Below, piece by piece: positions 1 through 13,990 of a stretch of 64,000 bases of DNA (within the stretch, counting starts at the first letter, position 1; each line of letters begins with the position of its first letter). This DNA comes from Leucoraja ocellata. Its lineage: Eukaryota. Location of the stretch: positions 372,001-436,000 of the forward strand of contig JAWMAR010000792.1 in the NCBI GenBank assembly GCA_036785375.1. The letters are read 5' to 3'. A model generated the notes under the pieces. The model did no database searches. It was not told where the DNA came from and saw only the letters and a list, made by a program, of their open reading frames with translations. The translations under genes were made by a program, and so were the position numbers.

Positions 1-675
1 GGCCCGCAAAGAATAAAATGAATGGATAAGGGCTGTAGACACAGAATAACAATGGTTTGTAATGATTCATATATTGATGCAGAAGCTGGAAATGAGGCCA
101 CACTGAGGTCCACATCAGAATATTTAAAACCATTATTAAAATCTGGTATTAATAAAGTTAAAAATTAACTTGAAGATGTGGAGATTATCGGCAAAGTAGA
201 AAGTCAATGTTCTTCCATGAAATGTCAATTCATTTGAAACATAATTTATATTTTTCCCTTTTGCTGGTATGTTATCCCAATTGACAAAATTTGTTGAATT
301 CACAGACTGATTCCTAACATTTCAATGCGATTAAGTAGTTTACCAGATCAGTTCAAAGGGCATTTAGAGAGTCACAGATCGGTGGCTTAGTCTAGTCTAT
401 TTTTCTTCCCGGATCAATAAGGTAATCATAAGTTGGGATTACTTCTACTAACGTTAGTAGTTTACTTTCAGAGAAATTCAAGTTAGGAAACCATCATGAT
501 AGGATTTGCTTCCTGACCTTCTAGTTGAGAAATAATGTTACTAAATTACCAACAATCCATTTCCCAACCTTTAAATCAGACCAACATACATAAACAACCT
601 GATTAAGTGAAGATACATAAGAATCATCTTAGTGATTTACAAATATTAGCTTTACTATCCTGGATGTGTTCCTAC

Positions 676-832
676 CTGAACAAGTGCATAGAAGATTTTT
701 AGGATCTGTTTCTGTATCAGCACTGAAAGTTGGCTTGAGTCAGGCAAAAGTTGAAATATTTTCTGCTGAATTCGTGGTAAAAATATTTGCATCGCTGCTA
801 TCAAAGGATCTCGCTCCTCTGCCTTCTTGAAC
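676..832 (-). CDS. IPO8: Importin-8 coding exon 5
   Basis: Minus strand tttttcag|G TTC AAG...GTT CAG|gtagg, 157 nt, encodes (E)[52 protein letters not shown], recognisable importin-7/8 sequence. Phase matches exon 4. Not in the ORF track. The gene continues past the window start. Confidence 0.95.
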
Positions 833-1554
833 CTGAAAAATTACATTGAAATTTGTGATTCAGCATCAAGTACACAGACAGTAGAATTAAAAGAAGAAAC
901 AACTTACTACGCCTATTCACAAATGTGCAAGATACAGAGAGAAAAAATACAGTCCATTGTCAGTAGGGCGAGTAATGTGAAAATAGTGAATGATGTGCCG
1001 ATGCTCAATTGCTTTGTCAGTTGGGTAATATCAATCATCTCCAAACCCCTCATAATTCACGTTGAATTTATTATACAGCCTGCTTTTGCCTCTGTTCAAA
1101 TCTCAGGGCATTACTTTTTTCAATTATTGTGTCATATATAGTTTATATAGTTTGTCATCAGCAATGCCACAAGAAGTCCACTTTTTTTCGAGGAAAATGT
1201 TGCAAGATCCTGCTGCACGAGACTTGCAGCTAACATTACGTCAGGGAGAAAAAACAAAACTTTATTAAGCCTATAGTTTCAATGTTTGAATTTGTTGTTG
1301 TACATGGTATTAAAAGCTAAATTTCAAATAATATTGTTCTGCAAATCGAACTATTACATACAAAATAAATAGCTCGATTGTCTATATTCTAGACTTTAAC
1401 ATTGCTTTTTTTTAAAAATGTGATTTTGCATTAAAGATTCTACCACAGCAGCCTCCATGCCTGCTCATTCATTCAGGCCCACCTTTATTTTTAGTTACAT
1501 TTACAAAGATTCAGTCAGCATGCTGACAAAAGCACACACATCATGAATACTCAC

Positions 1555-1713
1555 TCATAGGTCCTGACCAACTGGTATAGACACATCAGGCTGCCGAGCC
1601 AACTTGCGTTATTTGGAGATTGCAGGAAAAAGCCAATTTTGTCTACCACTGCCGTCCAACGTCCAGGGAAGTCGTATTTAATTATCGCACGAAGACACAC
1701 AGCCAGCTGAGAC
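1555..1713 (-). CDS. IPO8: Importin-8 coding exon 4
   Basis: tataaag|G TCT CAG...ACC TAT GA|gtgagt, 159 nt, (R)[52 protein letters not shown](E). Phase 2 at both ends, consistent with its neighbours. Confidence 0.95.
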
Positions 1714-4700
1714 CTTTATACAAGATATTTACATGCAAGTAAGTCAATCTTCTGCGTAGAAATTTTCTAACTGTCCACCATTGAATACTTAAAAGTATTC
1801 AAGGAAGCACCACACATCCAAGTGAAAACTAGACAGCAACAGAAAGCAGGACAAAAATCTCCACACTGCTCGAATGGATCATTCTAATTCTCAGTTCAGT
1901 GAGGGCCAAGATGTTCGTGCTGGGTATTGAACCTTTTTCTATTCTTAATGCTTCCTCGTGGTACTGTTGGAGGACGTGGGATAAATGGTGAAGACAGGGG
2001 CCAGAGAAAGATTTGAAATTATCAGAAGAGATTTTTTTCTTTCACCATTGACTCATATTAACGCTGGAGCCATGGGAAGTTCAGGTAACTGCAAGTTTGT
2101 AGTTGCTGTGCTGCATGGGACTAGTTCATCAACTTTCACAGAAAGACACAAAAAGGGTCAGCCATTGTCTTTATTAATTCAGAAAGCAACAGCTCCATTC
2201 CTTCAAACATTTAACAACCTCATTAATGAACCTTCACTAGCTAGGTGTCTAATATAAGTGGTGATTTATTTTTGTAATTTTTGAGATTCTGCTCAAGATT
2301 TTACAGATTTCATTTGTGCTAGTGTAGTATAAAACTTTATTTTATTAATTTTAACATCAGTTCCACATCCTTATTTACCTTAGTTGTGAACAATGTTGGC
2401 GAGCAGCCAGAGGGGCAGAGTTCATGGTTAACAGAACCCTTTGTGTGAAGAATGCTTCTGAATTCCACTCCTAGTTTGCTCTAATTTTGTTCATTTGTTC
2501 CCGAGGAACATTTTGACCATATCTATTCTATTACATTCCAATTTGATGTATTAATTACATTTATAGACATGAGAATCTGCATGTAGCTGCCTTATTTACC
2601 TTTTGATTACTATTCAACCTCTTAAATTCAAAATTCTTAAGGCTATCTGTCCCTTTATTATGAATCTGCTACAAACTCCCCTATGACAACTTTTAATTTT
2701 ATAATTTTCAGGGAAATATTTCATTGGTCTTTCGAGCTTTCAATGATATATGCATGATGACACCAAAATACCTTTGCTGTGAGTTACTCACTGGAATTCG
2801 ATGAGAAGTATAAGGTCATTAGGGAGCAGATTCATAAATAAAGTTGGCTTAAAGGAATGGTAATCTTTTGGAGCTGAAAGAAAAAAAAATTTTCAAGCCA
2901 ACTTATTTGTTGTTTAATGTCTAGTAAAATTGGCTTCTTTTAAACCTATAATTAAGGAAGTGTTTATTTCCATACCAAAATATGAGAAATTTTGCAACTC
3001 AGATTAATTGGGGAGTGGGGTGTGGAATGTCTTAAGTGTGCAAGTGAAGACTTCTTTAAAAAAGTACTTTAGAGAGTATCATTTTCTAGCAGTTTAGTTT
3101 GTCCAAATAATTCACCTCAATTCTTCAAACTAATTCAGGGAAGGGGGTTGAGTGGGGGAAAATTATTATTCTTATCAGTCTGAGATGAAAGAAAAAGGGA
3201 GAAGATTCTTTAAAACAGTTGGACTAGAACGACAGACTAATATTTTAAATTCAAAATTAGAAATGTAATACGGAATTGAAGAAGTCTGAAATACTAGAAA
3301 TCTGGAAACCACTTAAATCAAACAAAGTATGATAATCAACTAACATTGGCCATTTTGGCATACCTTCATGTTATGCTTCAATGTACAGGTAGATTATATC
3401 AATTGAATTGAGTGAGTAACCACTGTATTGGTAACTATTTGGCCTCATCTCACATTGCATTGCTTAGTCTGCCTCCTGAGAATTGAAGAAATTAACATAC
3501 AATAAAGTAAAACATGTATGCAGGACGTTACAATCCCAGGTCAGATAAAAAAGATGCACAGCAACACAAAGTGCACAGAGGATGACTGCTACAAAATAAA
3601 TTACAGCAGAAAATGTTGGAGACACTCATCAGGTTAGGCAACATCATAAAAAGAGAAGCATAGTTTGAATTTCTGATCAGAACTAGGAAAATGATTAAAT
3701 AAGGTCATTTTAATTTGTCGTCATGAGGGACTTAATAGGATGAAGGAAATGTCTATGATGGGGCAAGACCAGATCAAATGGATCAATGGGACAGTTAAAG
3801 AGGAATTATACTTGCTTCTCTGCTTTATGTGCTGTACCATCAGGCTGTACAATTGGAGCAAGAAAAACTGTGCCAAAAACTGCATATCAATGACTAGTAT
3901 TTAAAAGGGAGCTGGATAAATATCCAAAAGGAGGGAATGTGTAGGGTTTTGGAAGGAGAAAATCGGACTAACTGGATTGCTCCAGTTAGGAGTCAAATTA
4001 CCTAATTCCCTGCTGTGACTACTTTTAATTACCAATATTTTTTTGGCATGTACATTTTCTTGATCTAGCTACATAGAAAAAAAATATGCAGTGCACAATA
4101 GAACACCAGAATAGTTTAACAACTTAATTGCTGTTTTGATAGCTCATTTCCATTCCAAGCAGCATCAACAAAGAAAGATGTCTCACACAAGAAATAAAAA
4201 GGAATGTAATTACCATGGTCCACCTGGATAACAAATGTTGGGTTGTTTTGTGTGACTTTGATTGCCCATAACTATTGCTTGCTATTGTAAATGTTGAGGG
4301 CAGAAAACTAAATGAGAATGACTTGCATATGGAAAAAGTATCAACATGAACCAGACCTCTAATAAGTGTCATAGTTTTTTCAAGACTAAAGAAGAATCTC
4401 TCCACAAAGAAATATGAAAACAAGCCATTTGGGTCAACCTGACATTTTTTTTTTTAAATCCTTCACATGACAATGAATCATGATTTAAAATCATGTATTC
4501 CTTTATTCAGATTTTCTCGAGTGATTCCTCTTGTCTAATAACCTTTAATAAACTTCTATTACATTCATTAATTCTAACCGAGGGAGGGTGGCAAGAGTGT
4601 AGAATTCACTCCTTCGGTATCTCTATGTTCTAAATATTTTAGATTCAATCTACAATTTAGTCACCGCATTGCATACATCCTCACTCACTAGAAATCATCA

Positions 4701-4846
4701 TTCTTTTCTGACCCATTTCTTTACAATTTTAAATTGTCAAATCACTCCACTCTTCCTTGTCCTGGTTTTTAAAATGATTCTTCCTATTTCGCCATATTAG
4801 GTAGAATCATAGTGAATCAGAATGAACAAACTGAGGAAGGAATTAA

Positions 4847-6386
4847 GTCAAGTCAAGTCAAGTTTATTTGTCACATACACATACGAGATGTGCAGTGAAA
4901 TGAAAGTGGCAATGCTCGCGGACTTTTGTGCAAAAGACAAACAACCAAACAAACTATAAACACAATCATAACACACGCATTTTTTTACATAATAAATAAT
5001 GGAATGAAAAACGTTCAGTAGAGTTAGTCCCTGGTGAGATAGGCATTTACAGTCCGAATGGCCTCTGGGAAGAAACTCCTTCTCAACCTCTCCGTTCTCA
5101 CCGATGGCAACGGAGGCGTTTGCCTGACCGTAGCAGCTGGAACAGTCCGTTGCATGGGTGGAAGGGGTCTCTCATGATATTGTTGGCTCTGGAGTTGCAC
5201 CTCCTGATGTATAGTTCCTGCAGGGGGGCAAGTGAAGTTTCCATAGTGCTTCGGCCAAACGCACTACTCTCTGCAGAGCCTTCTTGTCCTTGGCAGAGCA
5301 ATTCCCAAACCAGATGGTAATGTTCCCGGACAAGATGCTTTCCACTGCCGCTGCGTAGAAGCACTGGAGGATCCTCGGAGACACTCTGAATTTCCTCAAT
5401 TGCCTGAGGTGGTAAAGGCGCTGCCTTGCCTTACTCATGAGTGCTGAGGCATGTGATGCCCATGTCATATCCTCGGAGATGTGGACTCCCAGATATTTAA
5501 AACAGTTCACCCTATCCACAGGATCCCCATTTATCCTCAATGAAGTGTACGTCCTCGGATGATGTGCCCTCCTAAAGTCCATGATCAGCTCCTTCGTTTT
5601 TTTGATGTTCAAGAGGAGGCTGTTATCCTGGCACCAGAGGGCTAGACCAGCCACCTCCTCCCGGTAGGCCTTCTTGTCGTTGTCTGAGATCAGGCCCACC
5701 ACCACAGTGTCATCAGCAAACTTAATTATTGAGTTGGAGCTGAACCTAGCCACACAGTCATGTGTGTACAGGGAGTACAATAGGGGGCTGAGGACGCACC
5801 CCTGGGGCGATCCTGTGTTCAGGGTGAGGGACTTTGATGTATTCCCTCCCATCTTGACTACCTGGGGCCTGACGGTGAGAAAGTCCAGGACCCAGGCACA
5901 CAGGGAGGTGTTGAGCCCCAATTACATTAGCTTCCCGGCCAGTCTGGTGGGGACTATCGTGTTGAAGGCTGAACTGTAGTCTATGAACAGCATCCTCATC
6001 TATGAATAGCCCCCCTTCTGGCTGTCCAGATGGGAGAAGGCGGTGTGCAAGACCTGGGAGACCGCATCGTCCGTGGATCTGTCCGGACGGTATGCGAACT
6101 GCAACAGGTCCATGTTCCGAGGGAGGAAGGCGCAGATGTGTTTCTTCACCAGCCGCTCAAAGCATTTCATGACTACCGAGGCAAGGGCCACCGGACGGTA
6201 GTCATTCTGACAGGCTGGGGAGGCATTGTGTGGTACCGGTACAATGATGGATTTTTTGAAGCAGGCAGGTACCACGGACTTGTCCAGGGAGAGGTTGAAT
6301 AATGTAGTGAGCACTGGAGCTAGCTGCGTAGCAGAGGACTTGAGTACTCGCCCCGAGATGCCATCGGGGCCTGCAGCTTTTCTCGT
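4847..6386 (-). mobile_element. 5'-truncated Rex1/Babar-like non-LTR retrotransposon (RT pseudogene plus 3' UTR and (CTTGA)n tail)
   Basis: ORFs 6000-6398, 5172-5921 and 5098-5364 give RT motifs [62 protein letters not shown]. The 3' end is GACAAATAAA followed by (CTTGA)n. Candidate TSD GGAATTAA (4839-4846) / GGAACTAA (6387-6394). Confidence 0.88.
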
Positions 6387-7566
6387 GGAACTAACCAAGG
6401 AAGAAATGTTATGAAGGAACTGGATTTTGCAGCCTTAAATGGACATTTAGATTACTAAAAATCAGATTACTTCAATTGGATTAGCTTAGTAAAATCAAGA
6501 GTCGAACATTCATATAACATTGAGGCAGAACTGGGTTGAACGTCAGATTATTATTTTTAGAGATTAGTACCCCCGTAATAAAACTGATGGCTCATGCACC
6601 AACAGCTGAAATACGGTATACCTTCAATAGAAAACAAAACTCCAGTTGGTGATCAAAATGTGTAAGACGTAACGTGATGAAAATCAGGTTTAAATGGGAT
6701 TGATTAGAGGAATTTTCCAAATTTAAGATTCCCTAATTAGTCAGCATTTAATTGATATTCTGCCACTCCCCCAAGAAATTGAAAGAAATGTGAACTCCTG
6801 TAGTGCTGCAAATTTTATAATTATACAGGACAAACTTGGTGAACCAAATGGCCTTTTCTTCTACTTTTTCATACGGACTAAATATTCTTCATTTAGTATG
6901 GTGTCCAATACGCTGAACAGTATACACCAATTGTTGTTTTACCAAGGATTTATATAAATTTAACAACACTTCTCAACTTTAATTCAGTATGAAATGCCAT
7001 GAAGCATAGTATTCTGTTAGCATTTGAAAGGCTTGAGGATTTGCTTTCAATGTCTTGTGAACCGGCTCTTCTCAATCATCAAATTTCATTTCAAAGAACA
7101 ATGGTTTTCTTTTAAGAACTGCAATGTGTCACTTCAATTATACATTGTGTCCTTTATTTCAGTATTCCTGCAAATTTGATTGCCATTCCTTCCAGCTCAT
7201 AAGCCAATTCATTAATGCACACATCCAAAAGAACTGGACAAAAATCTAGTAAGCATTGCTATCCATATGCAGTCACTATATGAAATGTCTTCTATCTCCC
7301 TCTCTCTAATTCTTCTCTTGAGAACATTTTTTTAATCTGCTTTGCCCCTTTGCCGAAAATCCATATTGTGTGTTGCCTGAGAGGCCACATCAGTGCTCTG
7401 CATGTTCATATTCATGTCATCCACTGCATTTACCTCACATCTCCCCAGTCGTCATATATAGCCCAATCATTGATAATGGATATTGTATTGTTAACATGTA
7501 GCTTGGCCTTTCATACTAATAAATAATGAATTTCAATGTTTGCTATTTCTATTTTGAGCCCCATAC

Positions 7567-7723
7567 CTGATTAGGTCAGGTGAATGAATGATCCCCTCCA
7601 CAATGTTGTCACGAATATTCTGCCGATCATTTTCATGTATGTTGAAAGGTAACATTGCTTCCCCAGGAGGAGCTTCACGGTCCGGCCAGTACTGTGTCAC
7701 CATATTCTTCATGTAGATAGCAG
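7567..7723 (-). CDS. IPO8: Importin-8 coding exon 3
   Basis: tgtttag|CT GCT ATC...CTA ATC AG|gtatgg, 157 nt, (A)[51 protein letters not shown](R), Importin-beta N-terminal domain. Confidence 0.96.
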
Positions 7724-8499
7724 CTAAACATTAATTTAAAGGAAAATCGGAAATTCAATTTAAAGAATGAATCTACCACCACAATATTTTTCAGTGCATT
7801 CAATTGCAATCAAACGCAAATGAAAATCAAAATTGCTTCAAGTATTATAAGAATTCAAATTCCAAAGTATTTTACAACATTCTAACACAGAATGATTACA
7901 TATTTTAATTGATCAATTTCTCCCATCTCCCCGTCGGCAATTAACTTATGTGTTAGTGCCAGCTATAACCTTTGCATCTGATTCATATGGTTTGATGCTA
8001 AAGTGGGAACAAAATGATCCATTTGCATGGCCTGAAATAAGTTACCCAATGTCAGATGGTCTTTTGAGATTACTGTCTCCAATTGGTGGAAATGGAGCAA
8101 TGTCAGGATGTCTGCTCGTGACCATTTTCATAACATACTTAGCTACTGCCACACAAATTGTAATTTTATTTTACAAGTAATTGAAAAGCAAATAAGTAAT
8201 GGGAAATACTGAAATGACATTTAGAAGATAGCTCCAGTTGAAAATGTTGTGCTTTCTGACATTAATGGTTGCTTCTCAGCAAAGAAGACATCAACCACGC
8301 TACTCTTTCAGTGAGTAAGCAAAGCTTTTAAGGGCGTTTTAATAGGTGTTTGAAAATTATGACACAAAACTCACGGTCTGTTAGGCACTAATGATTACCC
8401 CACCACCACCTAGATTACCTACAGAAAACTCCTTGAAAAACCAGGGAGATAACATCAACAGTGCCTCTGCAAAATTGTTCAAATACCCAAGCAAGCCAA

Positions 8500-9113
8500 C
8501 ATCATAGAATGTTTGCCTTCATGGGCCAGGGGACAGAATATAAGAGTTGGGACATTATGTTGCAACTTTACAAAATACGGGTCAGGCCACATTTGGGAGT
8601 GTTGTGAGCAGTTCTGGTACGTTGTAGGATGCATCTCTTATGGAGAGAGTACAATTGAGATTCACCAGGATGCTGCCTGGACGGCAAGAATTGTGTTACG
8701 AGCAGAGATTACATAGGCTGGGCTTGTTTTCCCTCGAGCAAAAGAGCCCAATGGGTGATCTGAGAGACGTACATAAGAATATGATGGGGTACATAAAAAA
8801 GTATTTTTCCCCCATGGAAGCGGTATCAAAAACAAGAGGGCTTTCACGTGAGAATGGAGTTTTAAAGAGAATCTGATGAGTGAGTTTTTTCCCCTTCACA
8901 CAGAGTGAGTGATTGCTATCTGGAACACACTGCCGGAAGAGATGGTTGACAAGACACAATTGCTGCTTTTAAGAGGCACTCATTCAGACAATTAAATGGG
9001 CAGGGCATAAAAGGATATTGTCTTAATGTGGGTTAATGGGATAGGAGTCAATGGGCAGAAAAGTCAACATGGACATGGTAAGCCAAAGGGCTTGTTTCTT
9101 TGCTGTATGACTC
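8500..9113 (+). mobile_element. CR1-type LINE 3' fragment (decayed)
   Basis: ORF 8640-8876 ERVQLRFTRMLPG...LGLFSLEQ is the typical CR1 RT C-terminus. Ends with a CR1-like tail ...gctgtatgactct. Confidence 0.8.
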
Positions 9114-9289
9114 TGCCAGAGATCTTTTCCAGGCTATCATGCCCAACACTGAGGCACTAAATACACTCAGTCACCTCCATCGGCCAGATCATGTTATCAT
9201 ATGCCTGCCATCAGTTCTGTAACAGGGAAGAGATTAGCAGTGCAACTAAAATCACATTTTATCTCTTTCAAACATCTCAATATCTCACA

Positions 9290-9690
9290 TAAAAATGACA
9301 TTAAGCCTTTTACCAACTTCTGAAATTGCATCCCCAATCTCCTTCAACGCATTTTCTAGGCAACGCTCTTTCTTACAAAATTACAGCTTAATCTGCCAGG
9401 AGTGCTTCCCCTGGCTATGAATTTTGGACCCATAGTTCACAGATGCCCCTTTAGGACTGAGGAGAATTGTTTTCATTGACAGGGTGGTGAATCTTTGGGA
9501 TTCACTGTTGGGCTATGTGGGCTCCGTCACTGAGTTGCTTTGACATCAAGATCAATAGATTTCTGGACAATAAGGGAATCAAAGGATAAGGATGCAGAGC
9601 AAGAAAATGGAACCGAGATAGAATTGTCAACTATAATCTGCATGAATGGCAGAGCAAACTTGAAGGGCCAAATGGCTTACTATTATCACT
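9290..9690 (+). mobile_element. CR1-type LINE 3' fragment (highly decayed)
   Basis: Contains ...agggtggtgaatctttgggattcact...gaatggcagagcaaacttgaagggccaaatggcttact, the same CR1 3' UTR pattern seen elsewhere in the window. Boundaries approximate. Confidence 0.55.
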
Positions 9691-9739
9691 TATTAATCTT
9701 ATTCTTCTGTTATCTTTGGAAAAGGCAGCCTAAACTTAC

Positions 9740-9821
9740 CGGCTTGTCTAACTGGAAATTCAACCTGATCAGACACAATGATCTGAAGCAACGTGGGAGC
9801 AAAGTTTATGATCTTGTACGA
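9740..9821 (-). CDS. IPO8: Importin-8 coding exon 2
   Basis: ttttttgcag|TCG TAC AAG...CAA GCC G|gtaagt, 82 nt, [27 protein letters not shown](A). Lies inside ORF 9699-9971. Confidence 0.97.
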
Positions 9822-10299
9822 CTGCAAAAAAAAAAAAAGCAGAGTCAAATTTACCACATTTCGCCAAAAACAGGCACTATGTAAATCAGACATTACTGGA
9901 ATCAAAAACAGGCTTTTCAAAACAAAATGTATGCATTCTAATTCAGAACAGTTAGTTAACTCCCAAGGCAATCATAATTCAAGTGCTTTTTACCATTTAA
10001 GATTGGAGTAATCTGTGCAGCCATGAAATACCAGTACAATAGCCAAAATATTAAATAAACCAAATTACAGCTGGATACAGATCAAATATGGTAAATATTG
10101 AAGGGCAAATGACTACTGACAAAATTCAATAGCAAGTTCCATTAACTATGCCTGGTCACTAAGAATGTTTGGTTTCAGATGGAGGCATAGAGCAATTGAA
10201 TTCACATGACAACTAATTAAAGTCCATTGTAACAGATAATCAGTCAAAATTGAATTTGCAATGCAATGCAAGGCAAATTATCGTTGAGACAAGCAAGTG

Positions 10300-11330
10300 A
10301 CTGAAACAGAGGAGAGTCTAAGTATTTCAATAGGGTATAAAATTACTCTTGACGTCCTGCATGGATCCATATTAGCCCCTAAATAAATCAACCTGTACTT
10401 TAACAATTAGGGCAATGAGATAGAAGGCCGTCATCCAAAATGATCTAAGGGCACAAAGAGTATGAACGCTGATATCAGAAGGAGTGAAAGCATAAAATTA
10501 CAAGATATTAACAATATGACAATGCTGTGCCAAATGGAATTCAGTGAAGCAATAGGGAGGGTATCTCACATTGAACCTAGAAAGAAAGGAGCAGAATATT
10601 TTCAAATTAAATGTCATACAGAGCTCTGAAAAAAGTGATGAACTCATATATGTAGATCATTAAAATAGAAACAGAGAAAATAGGTGCTGGAGTAAGCCAT
10701 TCAGTCCTTTGAGCCAGCACCGCCATTCAAGATGATCATGGCTGATCTTCCAAAATCAGTACCCTGTTCCTGCTTTTTCCCCATATCCCTTGATTCCGTT
10801 AGCCCAAAGAGCTATATCTAACTCTCTCTTGAAAGTATCCAGTGAATTGGCCTCCATAGCTTTCTGTGGCAGAGAATTTCACAGATTCACAACTCTCTGG
10901 GTAAAAATGTCATAGACATGTTCAGAAAATCGGAATGCAATGCTGATCTTTTGTACATCTGGAGGACCAGAATGCAAAGAGGCAGAATGTATGCCGCAGC
11001 TATACAGAGCCCTGGTTTAATCACGCAAGCAGGTCTGGGCACCATACCTTAGAACAGACACTGGCCTTGACACAAATGCGTCATGAGTTTGCAGTATGAC
11101 ACCTGGATTCCAAGAATAAAATTACAAATTTAGATTCCACTAACAAGGATTCTATTCCCTGAAATTGGTTGACATAACAACATAGGCTCGAGGAGCTGAC
11201 AAGAATGGTAGACAGACTTGCCCACCGTGCAATAAACAATTCACGATAGAATGACATTTTGCAAAATCTGAAATACTTCATAGACTTGGAAACAAATTGT
11301 GCAGGGTGGTCAATTTTTAAGTGCAGAAGA
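10300..11330. mobile_element. Old CR1 remnant (+) interrupted by a younger CR1 3' end (-, ~10665-10905)
   Basis: The block aaataggtgctggagtaagccattcagtccttt...cacagattcacaactctctgggt closely resembles 45550-45845 and the reverse of 55365-55490. Its flanks read as degraded CR1 RT. Confidence 0.6.
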
Positions 11331-11439
11331 GAAATCACCCAACACGAGATACAAAAGAGACAAAAATGGTAATTTGTAGGCTTTAAACTTGTGCTTTATG
11401 CATTTTATTCAATCGATTTCAAATAATTTCAACGACTTA

Positions 11440-12096
11440 TGGACCTGTTCCACTAAGGCAACTTTTTAGGCGACTGCAGGAGACTATGTGCTCTCCACAT
11501 GTTCGCGGGTGGTTGTCGGGTAGTCCCGTTTCTGGTCCTAAGGAGTTCCCGCATTCTGGGAACTCGTCGCGGCCTCATTAGTCGCCGCGCATTTTTCAAC
11601 ATGTTGAAAAATTAGCGGCAACCAGAATGAAGCCGCCATGAAGAGTAGTAAGAATTCTCATGCCGTAGGTGCAGTGGTAGTGGGTTGCCAGGAGATCGAA
11701 GGTTGTCGTAGGTTCTCGCCGGTGCTGACTGGTGAATTTCATTGGCTCATTGGGAGGAAAAAAAACTACAGGACAAAGGATAACCGACCGGTAATGTTAA
11801 TGTCCGCCGAACTTCTCAGCCTTATATCTCTGGCTTCTTAAAAGTTGTCTCCACTCCTTCTCCCCACCCCGTCTCCCCCTTCTCCCACCTCTCTTAAAAG
11901 GACTTATGTGACCCTTCCCTTACACTGTGTTTTCACTGTCTTAATTACAGCGCCAACCTTCCTGTTCATCACAGTGTGTGTCTGTATCACATTGGCTTTG
12001 CACCGTGTGAATTTCATTCAGAGGCAGCACTCCCTCCGCTTGCCCAGTCCCCCGCTTGAAAGTCGCCTGAAAAATCGCCCAAGTGCGACAGGCCCA
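11440..12096. mobile_element. PIF/Harbinger-like MITE
   Basis: TIRs TGGACCTGTTCCACT ... AGTGCGACAGGCCCA flanked by a TTA/TTA 3-bp duplication. No coding capacity. Confidence 0.75.
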
Positions 12097-12835
12097 TTAG
12101 GCTTCATCAGCAGCAGTATTCTAACTGAAAGTAAATACTTTTAGACTTTTCTTGGTAACTAAACTACTCATGTGAAAGTCAAAAGGAGATAAAGTAACTC
12201 AGTATAAATATTCTCAATGTCAAATCAATTGCAGAAGCCTGGTAATAGTCCCTTCTTCATTTGACATCCAGATGATTGTCTTAACTCAAACAGACGCAGT
12301 TAGCAAACTCACTGCTAACATTACTCCATGTTGATATGCTCCATCTGCATGTTGATCAGGAAACTGCTGTTTTGAACAGAACTATTATCAAGTATAATCA
12401 AGGACTTTTCGAAGTGTATGACAAATCACCCTGGAATTCAACAAATGCTGAAATTAATCATGAAATGAATTCATGGCTGCACTTCTTGTGGCAATGCAGC
12501 TACTACCGTGCCGTTCCTCACATGTGCTTATTATCACTGCCACTGGGCAATAATCCATCTATGAAGAAATATATAAATTCCCAATCAATTGCAGAATCCA
12601 TTTCAAACAGTACAAATAATGTCTGAAAGCACCTCACTAAGGTATCATTACTTAACTGTTCAAGGACACCTGTGAAGGGCAGGGTTAACAGAAGCCAGCA
12701 TCATTCATGGCTCCCCCAAAAGCGAAAAAGGAAAAATCATCTTATGATGATCTCCCGATTGTTCATCCTGCACTTGTTTCATTCAAAGTACCCTTTCCAA
12801 AAAACCTTAGCTCTATGGGACTCGACATTAATTTT

Positions 12836-13111
12836 TCATTTAGTTGAGAGATACAGCACAGAAAAAGACCCTTCGGCCCACCGAGTCCTCGCCGACCAGC
12901 GATCTCTGTACATTTAACACTACCCTGACACACACAAGGAACAATTTTACATTTACACCAAGCCAATTAACCTATAAACCTGTACATCTTTGGAGTGTGG
13001 GAGGAAACTGAAGATCTCTCAGAGAAAACACACTCAGGTCACGGGGGGAGACAGCACCCATATTCAGGATCGAATCCAGGATTCTGGCGCTGTAAGAAGG
13101 TAGATCTACCG
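12836..13111 (-). mobile_element. tRNA-derived SINE (HE1/V-SINE-like)
   Basis: Reverse strand: tRNA-like head (…ttacagcgccaga…ggattcgatcctga), central cctcccacactccaaagatgtacaggttt and tail ggccgaagggtc…gtgctgtatctctcaactaaa. Homologous to 53222-53520 and 50631-51149. Confidence 0.8.
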
Positions 13112-13289
13112 CTAAGTCCTTTGATTTAATTCATTTTGAGTGAATATTTCATTTTGTAATCTTTCCTTCCCTAAACCAAAAAGGTTACTAATATCTAGCA
13201 AGCCCTGGAATGTGGCAGTGTTGTGATTGACAAGTAGAAATGTCAAATTCTGTTGGAATCCATCAAAGAACAGAACATTTTGTTCAACA

Positions 13290-13990
13290 AACCAGGAATT
13301 TATCATCTTTCTGGAGAGAGAAAGAATTAATGTTTTTGGTTCATGACTTTTCTTCAGAACAGACAGATGTTTCAAAATGGCACATTTTAAATTAGAAAAT
13401 GGGGGAGGGGTGGTGGAAACAGCAAAGGGAATATCTATGAAAGGATGGACAACGAGAGATTGAATGAGGCCAGATGAGAGTGTGGTGAAGGTTTGCTGAT
13501 CACAGCTGATCTGCCTGGAGGAAGTACAAATTGAAAAGATGGAGAGGAAAGTGAAGAAAGTGCTGGAAAGCAAAATATATAACACTGCAATGCTGGTAAT
13601 CTGGAAATAAAACAGAATGCAGCATAAAAAATCTATGTAGAAAGTAATTCAACATCTGTGAAGGTTCAGAAATTAAGCTAACATTACAAATTAATGATCT
13701 CTCTTCAGAAATGGCCAGTTCTGATCCAAATCCAAAATTGTCAAATTCAGTATTTAGTCATGAGAATAAATTGTCTTGTTGGAAGATTAAATGCTGTTCC
13801 TCAAGTTTATTCAGAACAGCGCAAAAGACAGATACTTGAATAGGAATGGAATGGAGAATTAAACAGACAAACATAACAGAGGAATTTGGCAAAGCAATCA
13901 TTCCATTACCAAATCTGCATTGGGTTTCCCCAATATACAGACCACATTGTGAACACTGACTGCAGTAGAGGTAGTTCTGCTGCAAGTGCT
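13290..13990 (-). mobile_element. Penelope-like element remnant (GIY-YIG endonuclease end and terminal repeat)
   Basis: ORF 13758-13985 contains YCSQCSQCGLYIGETQCRFG…KLEEQHLIF, the GIY-YIG signature of Penelope ORFs. LEEQHLIF-like DNA recurs at 26650-26700. Confidence 0.65.

Noticed and set aside
5172-5921. 249-aa reverse transcriptase ORF as a functional or domesticated gene
   Set aside because: 5'-truncated LINE copy with in-frame stops and a frameshift.
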